The notes beneath the pieces are model-generated. The model saw nothing but the letters and a program-made list of their open reading frames with translations. It ran no database searches and had not been told where the DNA came from. Source: the human T2T-CHM13v2.0 reference genome, Homo sapiens. From it: a DNA stretch of 64,000 bases. Positions within the stretch are counted from its first letter, which is position 1, and every line of letters starts with the position of its first letter. The stretch lies in assembly GCF_009914755.1 (NCBI RefSeq), contig NC_060935.1. One strand, given 5' to 3'. The translations under genes and the position numbers were made by a program. This document shows positions 22,496 through 38,559 of this stretch, piece by piece.

Positions 22496-25400
22496 TTACA
22501 GAGTAAAAGAAAAACTGAAAAAAAAATGAACAGACCCTTAGTGACCTATAAAACAGTATGAAGAGATCTAAAATCCATAAACTTAAGCCCCAAAGGGACA
22601 GAAGGGAAAGAAAAAGTATCCTAAGAAATAATGGATTCCAGAATATATAGATAACTCCTAAAGCTCAACAATAACAACTAAAAACAAACAACACGATTAA
22701 AAAATGACCAAAAGACTGGAATAGACATTTCTTCAAAGAAGATACACAAATAGTAAGTATATGAAAAGATGCTCAACATCAGTAATCACTAGGTAAATGC
22801 AAATCAAAATCATAAAGACATACCACTTTACACCCATTAGGATGTTTATTATTTAAACAAACAAAAATTAGAAGATAAGTGTCAGTGAGAATATGAAGAA
22901 TTTGGCAACCTTGTTTACTGCTGTTGGGAATGTAAAATGGTGCAGCTGCTATGGAAAACAGGATAGTAGTTTCCCTAAAATTAAAAATAGAATTACTATA
23001 TGATCCTGTAATTGCATTTCTGGGCATATGCTCAAAAGACTTGAAAGCAGAGACATAAACACACATTTGTACACCATGTTTATAGCAGCATTATTAACAA
23101 TAGCCAAAAGATGAAAACTACCCAGGCATCAATCAATGAATGAATTGATAAACTAAATGTGGTGGTACATACAATGGAATATTATTCATTCTTAAATAGG
23201 AAGAAGTTTCTGACACATTCTACTCTTTGGATGCAAATTTAAGACTTTATGCTAAATGAAATAAGCCAATCACAAGGACAAATGCTGTATGATTCCACTT
23301 ATATGATGTACTTAGAGTAGCTTGCTTAGTGGTCACCCAACAATTTGGATAGAAGTTATTCCTAACCATCTCAAAACTCACAAGTTTTCACACTCTGCCT
23401 ATCAGCCTATATGTGGGTTGGCTCGTGCACTTCAAATTGTAGCCATGCCATAGACATAAAGGTAAACATATAGATCAATGGAATAAAATTGAAAGCCCAG
23501 AAATAAATTCTCACATTTATGGTAAATTGACTGTCAAAAAGTGTGCTAAGACAATTCACTGGGAAAAAGAACAATCTTTTCAACAAATGGAAAAACTGGA
23601 TATTTACATGAAAAAGAGTGAAGCTGGACCTGTTTCTTACACAATATATAAAAATTAACTCCAAATAAATTGTTGGCCCAAGTGTCAGAGACAAAACAAT
23701 AAAACTATTGGAAGAAAATATGGGAGTAAATTTTCATGACCTTGGGTTAAATAAAGCTTTCCTAGATATGACACCAAAAGCCCCACTGACAAAAGAAAAA
23801 TAGATACTTCAAATCTCATCAGAATAAAAGCTTTTGTGCTTCAAAGGACAACATAAAGGAAGCAACAAGACAACTCACAGAATGGGATATAATATTTGCT
23901 AATCATATGTCTGATAAGGGACTTATATCTCTAACATATAAAGGAGTCTTACAAATCAATAATAAACAACAACAAAATAACCAGTTTTTAAAAATGGGCT
24001 AAGGATCTGACCATGCATTTCTTCAGAGAAGATGAACACATGTCCAAGAAGCACAGGAAAAGAAGATCACCATCATTAGTCATCAGATAAATGCAAATAA
24101 AAACCACAATGAGATATCACTTCAAATCCACTAGGATGACTGTAATCAAAAAGTCAGATCATAACAAATGTTGAAGAGGATATGGAGAAATTGAAACCCT
24201 CATACATTGCTGGTGACAAGTAAAATGATACAGATACTTTGGAAAACAGTCTAGCAGTTTCTCAAAATGTTAAACATAGGGTTACCACATGACCCAGCAA
24301 TTTCACTTCTAGTATAGACCAAAAATAATTGGAAATATATGTCCACACAAAAACTGCACACAAATGTTCACAACAGCATTATTCATAATAGCAAAAGTGT
24401 AAACAACCCCAATGTCTGCCATCTGATGAATGGATAAATGTAATTCCACACAATGAAATATTGTTCAGACATAAAATGGAATGCAATACTGATAAATACT
24501 ACGACATGGATAAACCTTGAAAACATCATGCTAAGTGAAATAAGTCGGTCACAGAAGACCACATATTTCATGATTCCATTTATATAAATTGTCCATAGTA
24601 GGTAAATCTGTAGAAACTGAAAACTGATTGGTGGTTGCTTAGAGCTTGGGCATGTTGCAGGAAATGGAGGGTGACTGCTAATGTGTACTGGGCTTCTTTT
24701 AGGGTGATAAAAATGTTCAACAGTTGATTGTGATGATGATTGCACAACCCTATGAATATAATAAAAAATGTATAATAAAAACCATAGGTATACTTTAAAA
24801 GGGTGAATTGTGTGATATGTAAATTATATTGCAATAAAACTGATATATATAGTTATATTACATACACTTATATATGCAGTGATCGTCAGACTGGATAAGA
24901 AAAATAAGAACTATGTATATGCTGAATGCATGAGACAGGATCCAGAAACAAATAATTTGAAAGGGAAGAGTACAAATTTTTATATTCTGCACATAGTAAC
25001 CAAGAGAAAGCTGGAGAGGATATAGTAACATAGGCAAAAGTAGACTTTAAGACAAGAAATATTCCTGGAGACAAGGAAAGATGTTTCATAATGATAATAT
25101 GCTGAATACATTAAGAAAGTACAACAATTATATATGTAAAAGTATTTTACAACAGAGCCCCAAAATATATGAAGGAAAACCTAACATAATCAAAAGAAGA
25201 AATAGACAATTCAAGAGTTGTAGCTGAAAACGTTAATATTCTTATCAGAAATTACTAGAAAAACTAGACAGAAAATCAGCAATGATATAGTGGACTTAAA
25301 CAACCCTGTTAACCAATTTGACCTAAATGATATATATTGATCACGCCACTCAACAACAGCAAAATAAACACATTTCAAGTGTTCAATAACACTTTTATTG

Positions 25401-25879
25401 AGACTATTAAATAAATCTCAATATATTTTGAAGGAATGTTATCATTCAAAGTATGTCCCCCAGTCATCATGGAATTAAGTAAAACATCAACCAAAGAAAA
25501 AAATCTTGGAAGTTTCCAAATACTTGAAAATTAACACAGATTTCTAAATAAAATAAAGTAAGAACATTTATTCAAAGTAAAATAAGGAAAAATTACAAGT
25601 AAAACTAGAAAATATGTTAAACTGGAAAAAAATGTAAACAAAACACATCAAAAATTATGGAATGCAAGTAAAGTAGTTCTTAGAGGAAAGTGTATAGTTT
25701 TAAACACATTAGAAAGAAAGATTCAAAATCAATAATCTAAGCTTCTCACTCCAGAAGGCCATAAAATGAAGGCCTAAGCAGAAAGAAGTTAGTAAACATC
25801 AGAGCAGAAACTAACAAAATAGAAAACAGAAAAGCAATAGAAAAATAAATGAAAGTAAAAATATACTCTCTGAAAATCA

Positions 25880-26325
<446 letters not shown>

Positions 26326-27267
26326 TTAGACAAGTTAAATGAAGTGAAAACATTATAAGAAAGATATAAATAACCAAAAGTGACTCAAGAAAGAAGAGAA
26401 AATATGAAAAGACATATATCAAATAAAGAAATTGAATTAATAATTAAAATTATCTCACAAAGAAAACCCCAGGCCCAGATGCCTTCACTGGTGAATTCCA
26501 TCTAACATTCAAGGAATAAGTAACACAAATCTTACATAAACTTTCCCAGAAGAGAGAGAAGGAGGGAACTTATTTTATAAAGCTGGACAAAGACATGACA
26601 AGAAACAAAACAACATTCTAATATTCCTCACGAACATGGATACAAAACTCCTTAACAAAATATTAGCAAACAAAATCCAGCAATGTATAAAAGAGATTGT
26701 ACACTATGACCAAGTGAGATTTGTCTTACTGATGCAAGGTTGATTTAACATCTAAAAATCAAGTAATAAACAATCAAGTAATACACCATATTAACAAAAT
26801 GAAGAGCAAATTCTACATAATCATCTCAATAGGCACAGAAAAAGCACTGATAAAATCCACCATTCATTGATGAAAACAAAAACCTCTCAAAGAAGTAGGA
26901 ATAGAAGGAAATGTCCTCAACAAAACAAAAGGCATCTACAAAAAACTTTCAACTAATATCACACTTAATAACCAAAGACTAAATGTTTATCCAGAAATAT
27001 AAACTTTGCAGGATTTATGGTCTTGCCACTTCTATTAAATATCATACAGGAAGTTCTACCAGTCAATAAAGTAAGAAAAAAAAAAAACCTTAAGGTATAG
27101 AGTGGAATGACAAAAGTAAAAACTATATTTAGAAATTAGAGGATCATCTATGTAAAAAATTCTAAGGAAATTACAACACAAAAAGCTATTAGAACTATGA
27201 CTAGAAAGCTACCTACTTAGTAAGGTAATGCAATGCAAGCTCAATAAGCAAAAATTAATTGTATTTC

Positions 27268-27750
27268 CGTTTTTCTTTTAACTTTTATTTTAAGTTCAGG
27301 GGTACATGTGCATATTTCTTATGTAGGTAAACTTATGTCATGGGGGTTCATTGTACAGATTATTTCATCACCCAGGTATTAAGCCTAGTACCCATTAGTT
27401 ATTTTTCCTGATTGTCTCCCTCCTCCACCTTTCAATAGGCCTCAGTGTCTGTTGTTCCCCTCTACATGTCCATGTTTTCTCATCATTTAGCTCCCATTTG
27501 TAAGTGAGAACGTGTGATATTTGGTTTTCTGTTCCCGTGTTAATTTGCTAAGGATAATGGCCTCCAGCTCCATCCATGTTCCTGCAAAGGACATGGCCTC
27601 ATTCATTTTTATGGATACATAATGTTCCATGGTGTATATGTACCACATTTTCTTTATCCAGTCTACCATTGATACGCTGATTCCAGGTCTTTGATATTGT
27701 GAATAGTGCTGCAATGAACATACACATGCATGTGTCTTTATGATGGAATG
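27268..27750 (-). mobile_element. L1PA 3' end fragment inserted antisense into an older L1
   Basis: ttttattttaagttcaggggtacatgtgca...catttgtaagtgagaac...gaatagtgctgcaatgaacatac. Confidence 0.88.
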
Positions 27751-28307
27751 CATTTCTATATAATAGCAACAAACAACCTAAAAATTAAATTATGAAAATA
27801 ATTGCAATCACAATAGTATAAAAAGAATAAAATATTTTGGAATACATTTAACAAACGTGTAAGACTTATATGCTGAAAATTACAAAGCATTGCTGAGAGA
27901 ATTTTTAAAAGATGTGAATGACTAGAGAGATACCTTGTTCATGGATTGGAAGACTCAATATTGTTAAGTTGGCAGTTTTCCCCAATTTATCTATATATTC
28001 AATCTAAATCCTCGTCAAAATCCCAGTAAGCTTGTTTGGTAGAAAGTGACAAGCTGATCCTAAAATGTATATGAAAATGTAAAGGATCTAGAATAGCTAA
28101 AGAACAAAGTTGGAGAACTTAAACTACTTTATTCAAAACTTATTATAAAGCTACATTAATCAAGACAGCATAGTGTGGGCCTAAGAATGTACATAAAGGT
28201 CAATGGACTAGAATAGAGTCCATAAATACACCCATGCAATAATAATAAGTCAAGAAACTGATAAGAACATGAGCAAAAATTTGAACTGACACTTCACCAA
28301 CAAGACA

Positions 28308-29479
28308 TAGTCATGCATCACTTAATGATGGGGTTTCATTCTGAGAAACGCATTGTTAGATGATTTTGTTGTCCAAACATCTTAGAGTGTATTTTCACAA
28401 ACTTAGATGTTATAACCTATTACACATCTAGACTATATGGTATAGTCTATTCCTCCTAGGCTACAAACCTGTACAGAGTATAACTGTACTGAATACTGTA
28501 GGCAATTGTAACACAATGGTACATATTTATGTATCTAAACATAGAAAAGGTTCAGCAAAACTGCAGTATACAAGATAAAAAATGGTACATCTAAAAGCTG
28601 TAAAAGACACTTATATGAATGGTGCTTGCAAGACTGGAAGTTGCTCTGGGTGAGTCAATGAGTGAGTGGAGAGTGAATGTGAAGGCCTAGGACATCACTG
28701 TACACTACTGTGGACTTTATAAACACTGTACACTTATACTACACTGTTTATTTTAAAATATTTCTTTCTTTAATAAATTAACCTTAGCTTATTATAAACT
28801 TTTTTAACTTTTTGACTTTTGTGATAACACTAAGCTTAAAACACAAACACACTGTACAAAATATTTTCTATCTTTATATCCATAAGCTATACTTTTTCTA
28901 TTTAAAAGGTTTTTTTATTTTATTTAAAAAACTTTTAAATTAAAAACTAAAATGCAAACATGCACACTAGCCTAGGCCTACACAGGGGCAGGATAATCAA
29001 TATCACTTTCACCTCCACATTTTGTCCCACTGGAAGGTATTCAGGGGCAACAATACACATGGAGCATCATCTCCTATGATAGCCATGCCTCCTTCTGCAA
29101 TATTTCCTAAGGGACCTGCCTAAGGCTGTTTTACAGTTAATTTTAAAATATGTAAGTAGAGGAGTATACTCTAAAATAATCATAAAAAGTATAGTATGTG
29201 AATACATAAACCAGTAACATAGTCATTTATTGTCATTATCAAGTATTATGCACTATACATAATTGTATATGCTATACTTCCATAAGACTGGCAGCACAGT
29301 AGGTTTGTTTACACCAGCATCATCACAAACATGTGAATAATGTGTTGCACTATGACATTATGACAGCTACAACATCATTAGGCGATAGGAATTTTTCACC
29401 TCCATTATAATCTTATGGGACCACCGTTTGTATATGCAGTCCGTTGTTGACTGAAACATTGCTGTGCAGCACCTGACTG
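28308..29479 (-). mobile_element. Tigger3(b)/Golem-family non-autonomous DNA transposon (~1.17 kb)
   Basis: Terminal inverted repeats (t)agtcatgcatcacttaatga...gctgtgcagcacctgactg, followed by TA; ttataatcttatgggaccacc signature; interrupts an L1. Confidence 0.88.
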
Positions 29480-32400
29480 TATGATAGCAACTAAGCATAT
29501 GAATGCACATGAAAAGATTCCCAGCATCATTGGTTATTAGGGAGATTCCAACTAAAACCACAATGAGGTAACACTGTACACCCTCTAGAATGTCTACAAA
29601 AATGTCTAAAACACTGACCTAGCAAGTTTTGGTGAGAATGTGGATAAATGGAACCCTCATATATTGCTGGTAAGAATTTAAATAGTACAGCCATTTTAAA
29701 CATTTCCTAAAAAGTTATACGTATATTTCCATGGGACCCAGAAACTCCACCCCTATGTAGATACACAAGAGAAATGGAAATTTGTGTCCCTCAAAGACTT
29801 GCATGCAAAAGTTCAAGGGAGCATTATGCATAATAATGTGTCCTTACTGGAAAAAACACAAATGTCCATCAACAAAGGAATGAACAAACTAAATACGATA
29901 TACACATACAATGAACTACTACTCAAGAATAAACAAGAAATGAACTATTAATACATGCAACAACATGGATGAACCTGAAAAACATTGTGCTAAGCATGAG
30001 GTGCTGCATACCAAAGACTACATACAGTATTATTCCATTTATATGAAATTTATAGAAAATCCAAAAGTATAGTGACAGAAATCAGATCAGTGGGTACCTG
30101 ATGCTTGGGATGAGAATGGAATTGGCTGCAAATGGACAGGAGGAAAATTTGGGGATGAGTGGGTAATATAATTGTTCTGGAATTGATTGTGGCAATGATT
30201 GCAGAACTATATAAACTTACTAAGAGTCATTGAACTGTAAACTTACAAAGGGTAAATTTTATGTTATCTAAATTATACCTCAGTGAAAATATGTTTTTTT
30301 TAAAAAAACTCACTTTAAAACAAAAACAACAATGTTCCATGTGGTAATTTATATAGGAAGAAGTAAAATGTATGATTACAACAACGCAAAGGATGGAATG
30401 GAGGTATACTGTTGTAAGGTTGTATAATGTGTACTGTTGTCCATTATGCATACAATGGTATAATAGTCAATAGGGAATATTATATGAAGGTATAATATAC
30501 TTCAATTTGAGCTTACTTGAAGTATGTTTGCAAAGATTTTATGAGCCATTATTATATACTTCATGTAATTCTGTACTTATTATATATTTACATACAAATT
30601 TTATATTACATATAATATATAAATTATATGCCTCCAATAGTATTTGAAGGTAGAATGTGATGTGATAAAGATAAGTCAAAGATGCTTATTTTAAACTGTT
30701 CTGCAATCACTTAAACAAAAGAATTATAGCTAATAAACAAATAGTGGAGATAAAAGGGAATCATAAACAATAATTCCTCTAAATGAAAGCAGGAGACAAG
30801 GTAAATAAGAAAAAAAAGACAGAGTAATAGAACAAATACAAAACACATAACCAGATGATAGATTAAAACCCAGTTATCATAGTATTATATTACATCATTA
30901 TATTATGTTTAAAACAAATGGTCTAAATAATCCAATAAAAAGAGATTAAAATTGGGCTTTAAAAAAATGGTCAAATTATATCTGTCACAAGAAACAGTTT
31001 AAATATAAAGACACATGTCAGTTAAAAAGGAAAGAATAGAAAAAGAAATTGCATGCAAACACTTATCATAAGAAAGTAGATATATTAATATCAGAGCAGA
31101 CTTCAGGGAAAGGAATACTCTCAGAGATTTTTTAAAAGGTAATCTCATGATGAGAGAGTCAATTAATCAAGAAAACATACAATCAATAATTTGCATATAC
31201 CTAATAACAGAGCTTCAAAAAACAGGAAGTAAAAAAATAATTATCGTTATAGTTGAAGATTTCAGCACTCCTCTACCAATAATTCATAGAACAAGTAGAC
31301 AGGAAATCAGTAGGCTATAGACTTGAACAACACTATCAACCAACTGGACTAATTTACATTCATAGAACATGCCATCAAACAATAGCAGAATACTTATTCT
31401 TTTCAAATGGACATGGAATATTTGCAAAGATAAACCATATTCTAAGCCATAAATCAAGTCTACCTAAGTTTAAAAGAACACTGTCATAAAAAGCATTTTC
31501 TCTTACCACAATGGAATTAAGTTAGAAACCATTAAGAGAAAGATTTCTGGAAAGCCTCAAAATACTCAGAAATAAAACAACACACCTTTAAGATACCATG
31601 GATCAAAGAAGAAATTAAAAAGAAAATTATAAATAATTATAAATTAGAACACAGCATGTCAAAATTTGTGGGACACATCTAACATTATAACACTAATTGC
31701 CTGTATTAAAAAAGAAGAAAAATCTTAAATCATTGATCTCATCTTCCACTCTGTGTGGCTAGAAAAGGGAAATAAAATTAAGACCAAAGTAAACATAAAA
31801 AAGATAAAATAATAAAGTTAGAATTAATGAAATAAAAATAGAAAAACAATAGAGAAAAACCAATAAAAACAAAGTTTTGTTTTTTAAGAAGCTTGATAAA
31901 ATTGATTTTCCTGGAGCACAACTAATCTAGAAAAAAAGGGAGAGAGGAATATATTACCAACATCAGCCATTAATGAAGGGACATCAATACAAATTCTACA
32001 GACACTAAAGAAGAATAAAATATGATTGTGAAAAACACAATGTCCACAAATTTAACAACTTGAATGAAATGAAAATGGAATTTAAAATAGAAATAGACAA
32101 ATCAACCATTATAGTTGGAGACATCAAAACTTCTCTCTCAGTAATCAATACAATAAGTAGACAGCAAATCAGTAAAGATATAGAAGATCTGATCACTACC
32201 AATTAAATTGACCTAAATGACATTTAAAGAAAACTCAACCCAACAACAGCAGAATATTCATTCTTCTCAAGTGCACATGAAATAGTCACCAGGAGACAAT
32301 ATATTCTGAGTCATTAAAAACTTCAAGAAATTGCTTTAAAAATTGAAATTATGTAAAGACAAATCTCTTAACAAACAGAATTAAACTAGAAATTAATAAC

Positions 32401-33914
32401 AAAATATCTGGGAAATCCATAAATATTTATAAATTAATCAATGCATTTATTGTCAAAGAGGGTCAAAGAGGAAGTTATAAGAGAAATTAGTAAATATTTT
32501 TAATTGAATGAAAATGAAAACACAATATGCTGAAATTTGTGGGGTGCAGGTAAAGTACAGTATAATTAATATTTATAGCATTAAACGCCTATGTTTTTAA
32601 AAAAGGAAGACCTTAAATCAATTTTCTAAATTTTCACCTTAAAAAACAGAAAAAGAAGGGTAAATTAAATCAAAGCAAGGACAAAGAGGGAAATCATAAA
32701 GATAATAACAGAAATCAATGGCATTTAAAAAGAAAACAGTATAGAAAAAAATTAAGGAAATCCAAAGCTGGTTCTTTGAGAAGAGCAATACAATTGATAA
32801 GCTTCTAGGTAGTCAGATCAATCATAGACAGATGATACAAATTATCAATATCACAAATGAATGAAGGGACATCACTACAGATCCCACAGGCACTAAAGGA
32901 GAATAAAGCATTATTGTGAGAATATAATGTCCATAAATTTAACCACTTAAAAGCAATACAAAAATTTCTTGAAACATACAAACAACCAAATGTTATTCAA
33001 GAAAAATTAGATAATCTGAATAACACTATTCTATTAAAGAAACTTAATTAATAATTTAACACTTTCCAACAAAGAAAACTCCAGGACCAGATAGCTTCAC
33101 TGGCAAATTCTATGAAATATTAAGGAAGAGATAATAACAATTATATGTAAACTCTTCTAGGCAATTAAAGAGGAAAGAATACTTCCCAACTCAATTTATG
33201 TGGCAGGCATTATCCCCATTCTGAAACCACAAGAAAATTTTATGAGAAAAACAAACTGCAAACCAATATTCTTCATGAACATAGTTATAAAAATCCTCAA
33301 GAAAATACTAGAAAATAAAATCTAGTAGTACAGAAAAAGAGTAGTATATCATCACCAAGTGGAAGTTAGTATATCATCACCAGTAAGGAAGGTTAGTTCA
33401 ACATTTGGAAATCAGTGTAATTTGCCATCAACAGAGGAATAAGAAAAACATAAGATCATCTCAATAAATGCAGAAAAGGCATGAGACAAAATTCAACATT
33501 TATTTATGATACAAAGTCTCAGCAAATTAAGAATAGACAAAAACTCTCTCAATCCAATAAGGGGCATTTGAAAAAACCCTAAAGGAAACATCACACTTAA
33601 TAATGAGAGACTGAATGCTTTCCCTTTAAATTTGAGAACAAAGCTAGGATGTCTTTTCTCACCAATTCTATTCAACATTGTACTGGAAGTTCTAGACAGT
33701 GAAGAACATCAAGAAAAAGAAATAAAATGTATACAGATTGAAAAGAAAAAAAAATAAAACCATCTCTAATTCACAGATGACCTGGTTGCCTCTGCAGAAA
33801 ATTCCAAAGAATAGACAAAGAAACTATAGAGCTAAAAAGTGAGTTTAGTGAGATTGTAGGACACATCAATATATCATCAATAAATATTTTGAAAATAAAA
33901 TTTAAAATAAGTAC

Positions 33915-34307
33915 TGTATTAGTTCAAACTTCCATAACAAAATATCATAGATCAGGTGGCTTAAAAAACAAAATTTACTTTCTCACAGTTCTGAAGGCTG
34001 AGAAGCCCAAGATCAAAGGGAAAGCCAATTTGGTTCCAGTTGACAGCTGTCTTCCTGGCTTGCAGAAAGCTGCCTTCTCTGTGTCCTTACATGGGGAAAG
34101 TGGAAAGGGTGGCAGTGGAGAAAAGAGAGGGAGAGAGCTTCCTCTTCTTCTAAGCCCACAGTCCTATAGGATTAGGGCCCCACCCTTATGACCTGATTTA
34201 ACCTTAATTATCTCCTAAAGACCCCATCTTCACATACAGTCACTTTGGGGATTAGGGCTCCAATATATGAATTTGGGGTGACGGGGCATGTAGTCTAGTC
34301 CATAGCA
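33915..34307 (-). mobile_element. MaLR solo LTR (MLT1A-like) with intact TSD
   Basis: TG...CA ends, 5-bp TSD AGTAC at 33910-33914 and 34308-34312. Confidence 0.88.
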
Positions 34308-34479
34308 AGTACCATTTACAATAGCACCAAAAAGCATGAAATACTAAGTGTAAAGCTTACAAAATATGTGCAAGATGTATATGTATAAAACTACAAAATG
34401 CTAATGAAAGAAATCAAGGAAGAACAAAATAAATGTGGTTTTGGATTGGAAGACTCAGTATCATTAAGATGTCAATTTC

Positions 34480-34768
34480 ATCCGGGCGCAGTAGCTCATA
34501 CCTGAAATCCCAGCACTTTGGGAGGCATGTGGATTGCTTAAGCCCAGGAGTTGGAGACCAGCCTGAGCAACATGGCTAAACTCTGTCTCTATTAAAAGTA
34601 CAAAAATTAGCCAGGTGTTGTGGCACATGCCTATAGTCCCAGCTACTTGGGAGGCTGAGGTGGGCGGATAGATTGAGCCCACGAGGTGGAAGCTGCATAA
34701 GCCTTTTTGGAACCAGTGCACTCCAGCCTCGGCAACAGATACCTTGTCTCAATTAAGAAAAAAAGAAA
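34480..34768 (+). mobile_element. AluJ
   Basis: ggattgcttaagcccaggagttggagaccagcc; flanked by gtcaattt. Confidence 0.88.
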
Positions 34769-36199
34769 GTCAATTTTCCCAAAGCTGGCCTATAGACTCA
34801 ATGGAATTCCAATAAAAATCCAAGCAGAATTTCTTTGGTAGATATTGACAAGCTGATTTTAAAATTTACGTGAAAAAGCAAAGATACTAGAGTAGACAAA
34901 GAAATTTTGAGAAAGAACAAATTTGGAGGATTTACACTGCTAGATTTTAAGATTTAATACACAGCTACAGTAATCAAGAGAATATGGTATTGACTAAACG
35001 ATAGATGCATAGATCAATGGAACAAACTAGAGATTTAATATAAAGCTACAGTAATTAAGAAAATGTGGTATTGACTAAAGGATAGATACATAAATCAATG
35101 GAACAAACTAGAAAGTCCAAAAACAGAACCAAACAACAGTAATCAAGACAATTTACTATTGGCATAAAGATAGATTAATCAATTAATAAAACAGAGTAGA
35201 AACGACAGAAGTAGATCCACACATATATGGACAACAGATTTTCACCAAAGGCACAAAGGCTGTTGAATGGAAACAGAATATTCTTTTCACTAATGCTAGA
35301 ACAATTGTATATTTGTATGTTTTAAAATGAAGCTCATTCTATCCTTCACAACTTGTGCCAAAATTAACTCAAAACAAATACAAAAAACTGTAGTTTTGTA
35401 TAACTTTTGAAATCAAGTACTGTGAGTCCTTCAACTTTGTTCTTTTTCATAGCTGTTTCATTATTATAAATCCCATACATTTCAGTATAAATCTTAGAAT
35501 CAGCATGTCAACTTCTACAAAAAAGCCTAAGATTTTGATGAGATTGCACTGAATCTATAGATCAATTTGAGGATAATTGACATCTTAGTAATATTATGTC
35601 TTCTAATCCATGAGCACAGGCTACCTCTTGATTTATTCAGATCTTTTACGTTTTCTCAGCAGTGTTTTGCAGTTTTCATTACACAAGTCTTGCACAGTCT
35701 TTGACAGATAGATCTCAAAGCATTTCATATTTTTGATGCTATTATAAATGGAATTATTCTTTAAATTTTAACTTTTAATTGTTCATTGCTGGAATATAGA
35801 AATACCATTGATTTTCATATATTGATCTTGTATCATGCCACCTGACTAAACTCACTAGGTCTAGAAGTTTATTTGTATATTCCATACAGTTTTCCAAGAT
35901 AATCATGTTGTCTGTGAATAAAGACAGAAAGTAGAAGAATCAGTCAGCAGAAGGCAGGAGTAAGCAGGGATCCTAGTAAGCAGAAGGTAGGAATAATTAT
36001 ATGTGAAAGACATAAAGACTAAAGAGTGTGGTTGATCTTGGCTGATATGGAAAAAGCAAAAATATTTTTCATGCTGAAGAAGAGGTTACCAGATAGCATG
36101 GGACTGTAAATGAGCTTCCAGTTCCCAAACTACTTTTGAGACTCTGTGAATCTTGTTAAATGGTTGCACCCGAGTTTTCATGAGATTTGACTATATGGC

Positions 36200-36970
36200 T
36201 ATCTTTTATGCTACAATGGACACTCTTGGTTTCTACCCGGTTCTACCAACCTTCTCCTTCACAAAGAGAAACCCAATTTTATGCAGATATCCGCCTGTCC
36301 TCTGCATAGTCATGGACTTCAGAGAAAGTTGAACTCACCCCCAACGTCAGGGGTAGATCCTAATTAGTCTAAGCCAGGGATTGGCAAATTTTTTCTTAAA
36401 GGACTAAACAGTAAATATTTTAGGCTTTGAAGGCTAAAAAACAACATGAAAGCTATTACATGGGTAATTATATAACCATTACACTGTAGCCATTTAAAAA
36501 TGCAAAAACCATTCTTAGCTTATGTCCTGACTTCTTGGATCCATGAGCTATGGTTTGCCAATCTCTGGTCTAAGTCAATAAGCACAGGGTTCTTCTGGTA
36601 ACTATTATTGGTCCAGAAATGGGCATGTAACCTAAAGTTGCCCAATTAGACTCAAGAGAAAGATGTACATTCCATGGTGGGGGAGAAATTATTTTCCTCT
36701 TTCCCATTAAACTGAACAAATGAAAAAAAAAACCCAGCTTTCTGCTGGCAGCTATCTTACAACTAAGAGGCAACCACATTATTAAATGGAGTAAGGCAAA
36801 GCTGAGTAACAGAACCTGAATCCTTGGTGACATGATTGCACTGCTGAATCAATCAGTTCTGAGTCTTACTTCATCTCTGAACTTATTTTGTGAGTTAATA
36901 GATGCTCTTATTGGTCTAAACCCATTTGGGTTGGGTTTTCTGTTATGTGTAGCCAAATCCATCCTGCATC
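36200..36970 (+). mobile_element. Old MaLR LTR (MLT1J/K-like) interrupted by MER58
   Basis: gagaaacccaatttt...gggcatgtaacctaaagttgcccaat...gggttttctgttatgtgtagccaaatccatcct. Confidence 0.6.
36375..36567. mobile_element. MER58 (hAT-Charlie) MITE
   Basis: TIRs cagggattggcaaa...tttgccaatctctg; 8-bp TSD gtctaagc/gtctaagt. Confidence 0.85.
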
Positions 36971-38559
36971 CATATGATCAGCCTTCCATCACTGAACGAA
37001 TCTCCTCTTCATGCAAACAGAAAGACACGGACTCACAGAAGGAGAAATTTAGTAAGACTGGGCTCCTTGCCTTTTATTTTGAGCCACTTATCCTCCACTC
37101 ATTCCCCAATCCTCTTACAAACTGGTCCTTGGCTTTGGCTCCAACCCATCCCTCATCTCCAATTTGTGGAATCCGGATCTATCATGAGACATCTTTACTA
37201 CAACCCTGGCCCCCTTTGACTGTGGATACAACTTGGTCCTTGAATTATGACCCATGGAGCATCTTTTATGCTTGTAGCTCGACCCACACTAGACCGATTC
37301 ATGAATGGGAGCGTTACTGCCAGGTTCTCATCCTGGCCCAGCCACCAACTCCCTCTGTGATCACTCTTTCCTCCTGGGCCATAGCACTCCTTTACATACG
37401 GTAGTTGGTCTGGACTACATGTCCCAAGGTGTCTCCTAGCTCTGACCTTCCAGGATTCCTGGACTCTGAGATACATCAAACTCTGTTCACTGGTTAACCC
37501 AACACCTTATTTTGCATTTGGCACACAGCCATTCAACACTGGTCTCCTGTACTGTACAATGAATGTGGAAGGAGGAAGATAGAAGAACAAGCTCAAGAAC
37601 CCCGGCTCATGGCCTTGAAAGCCCCTGATTTCAAGCATAACAGGTCAGCTTTTGCCCAGACTCACTCCCTGACACACAGAGTTGGCCTGGTCTGCAGAGA
37701 CACATGGGGATGGGAGGAGTAGAAGTTACAGGAAATTGTTTCCAGGGATGTGGGACAAAGAGAGGAAGGACAGGGGTGATGGATGGATATTTGGTGGGAG
37801 ATGAGAAGAAAAGGATCAGAGATCCTGAGGGGTCAGAATCGGTCACCAAAAGATCTCTGCTCTCTGCCCCTCCCTCAGAGGCTCTGTTGGCCATTTCCAC
37901 TTCCAGTCCCTCCCCACCCCTACTCAGCACCCCCTCTTTCTTCATCCTGAGCCTTGCTCCAATTTCAAAGCTTTCTCTGGCCCCAGCTGCGTTGGGAAAC
38001 CAAGGAAGGGAGAAAGCATAATTTTTAGTCCTGTCCTGGGGAGGGGGCATAAAGAAGGGGCTGGGTGGAACACAGAAAATGAAGTGGAGCCTTTTGAAAT
38101 GAAAGCCGGGCCAAGCTCATCAGAGATTAATGTAGGAAAAGCCCCACTCGTCTGATAGGGCCCAGATGGTGGGTAGACTTACAGGGGCTGCTGACAGATC
38201 CTGATGGTCCGCAGCCTGCTTCCAGCTCCTTGTCCTCATCTTAGAGAAAAAGAAGCAGGCCCATCCTCTCGGGAATCTTGGGGCTGACCAGGGCTGCCTC
38301 CAGACCAGGTGGGGAGTCAGAGCTCTGACCCAAAGGCTCCGTACTACAGCTGTCTGCACACAGGCATGCACACACTACAAACACTCACACACCCAAAGGG
38401 AAAATGACAGACATTTGACCCAGGCACTTTCTTCTGTGGGAAGCCCTGCAAGAGGAGAGAGATCCCTAACTGGCAGTGGGTGGGAAGAGGATGGTGGCCA
38501 CCACCATGCTTCACACCTTCCTTCAACCCTCCGTCGTGCCTGATCACTGTCGTCACTGC

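Noticed and set aside
36832-37404. 190-aa ATG-initiated ORF
   Set aside because: Begins inside an MLT1 LTR relic; no recognisable homology or promoter. Only BLASTP or Ribo-seq evidence could rescue it
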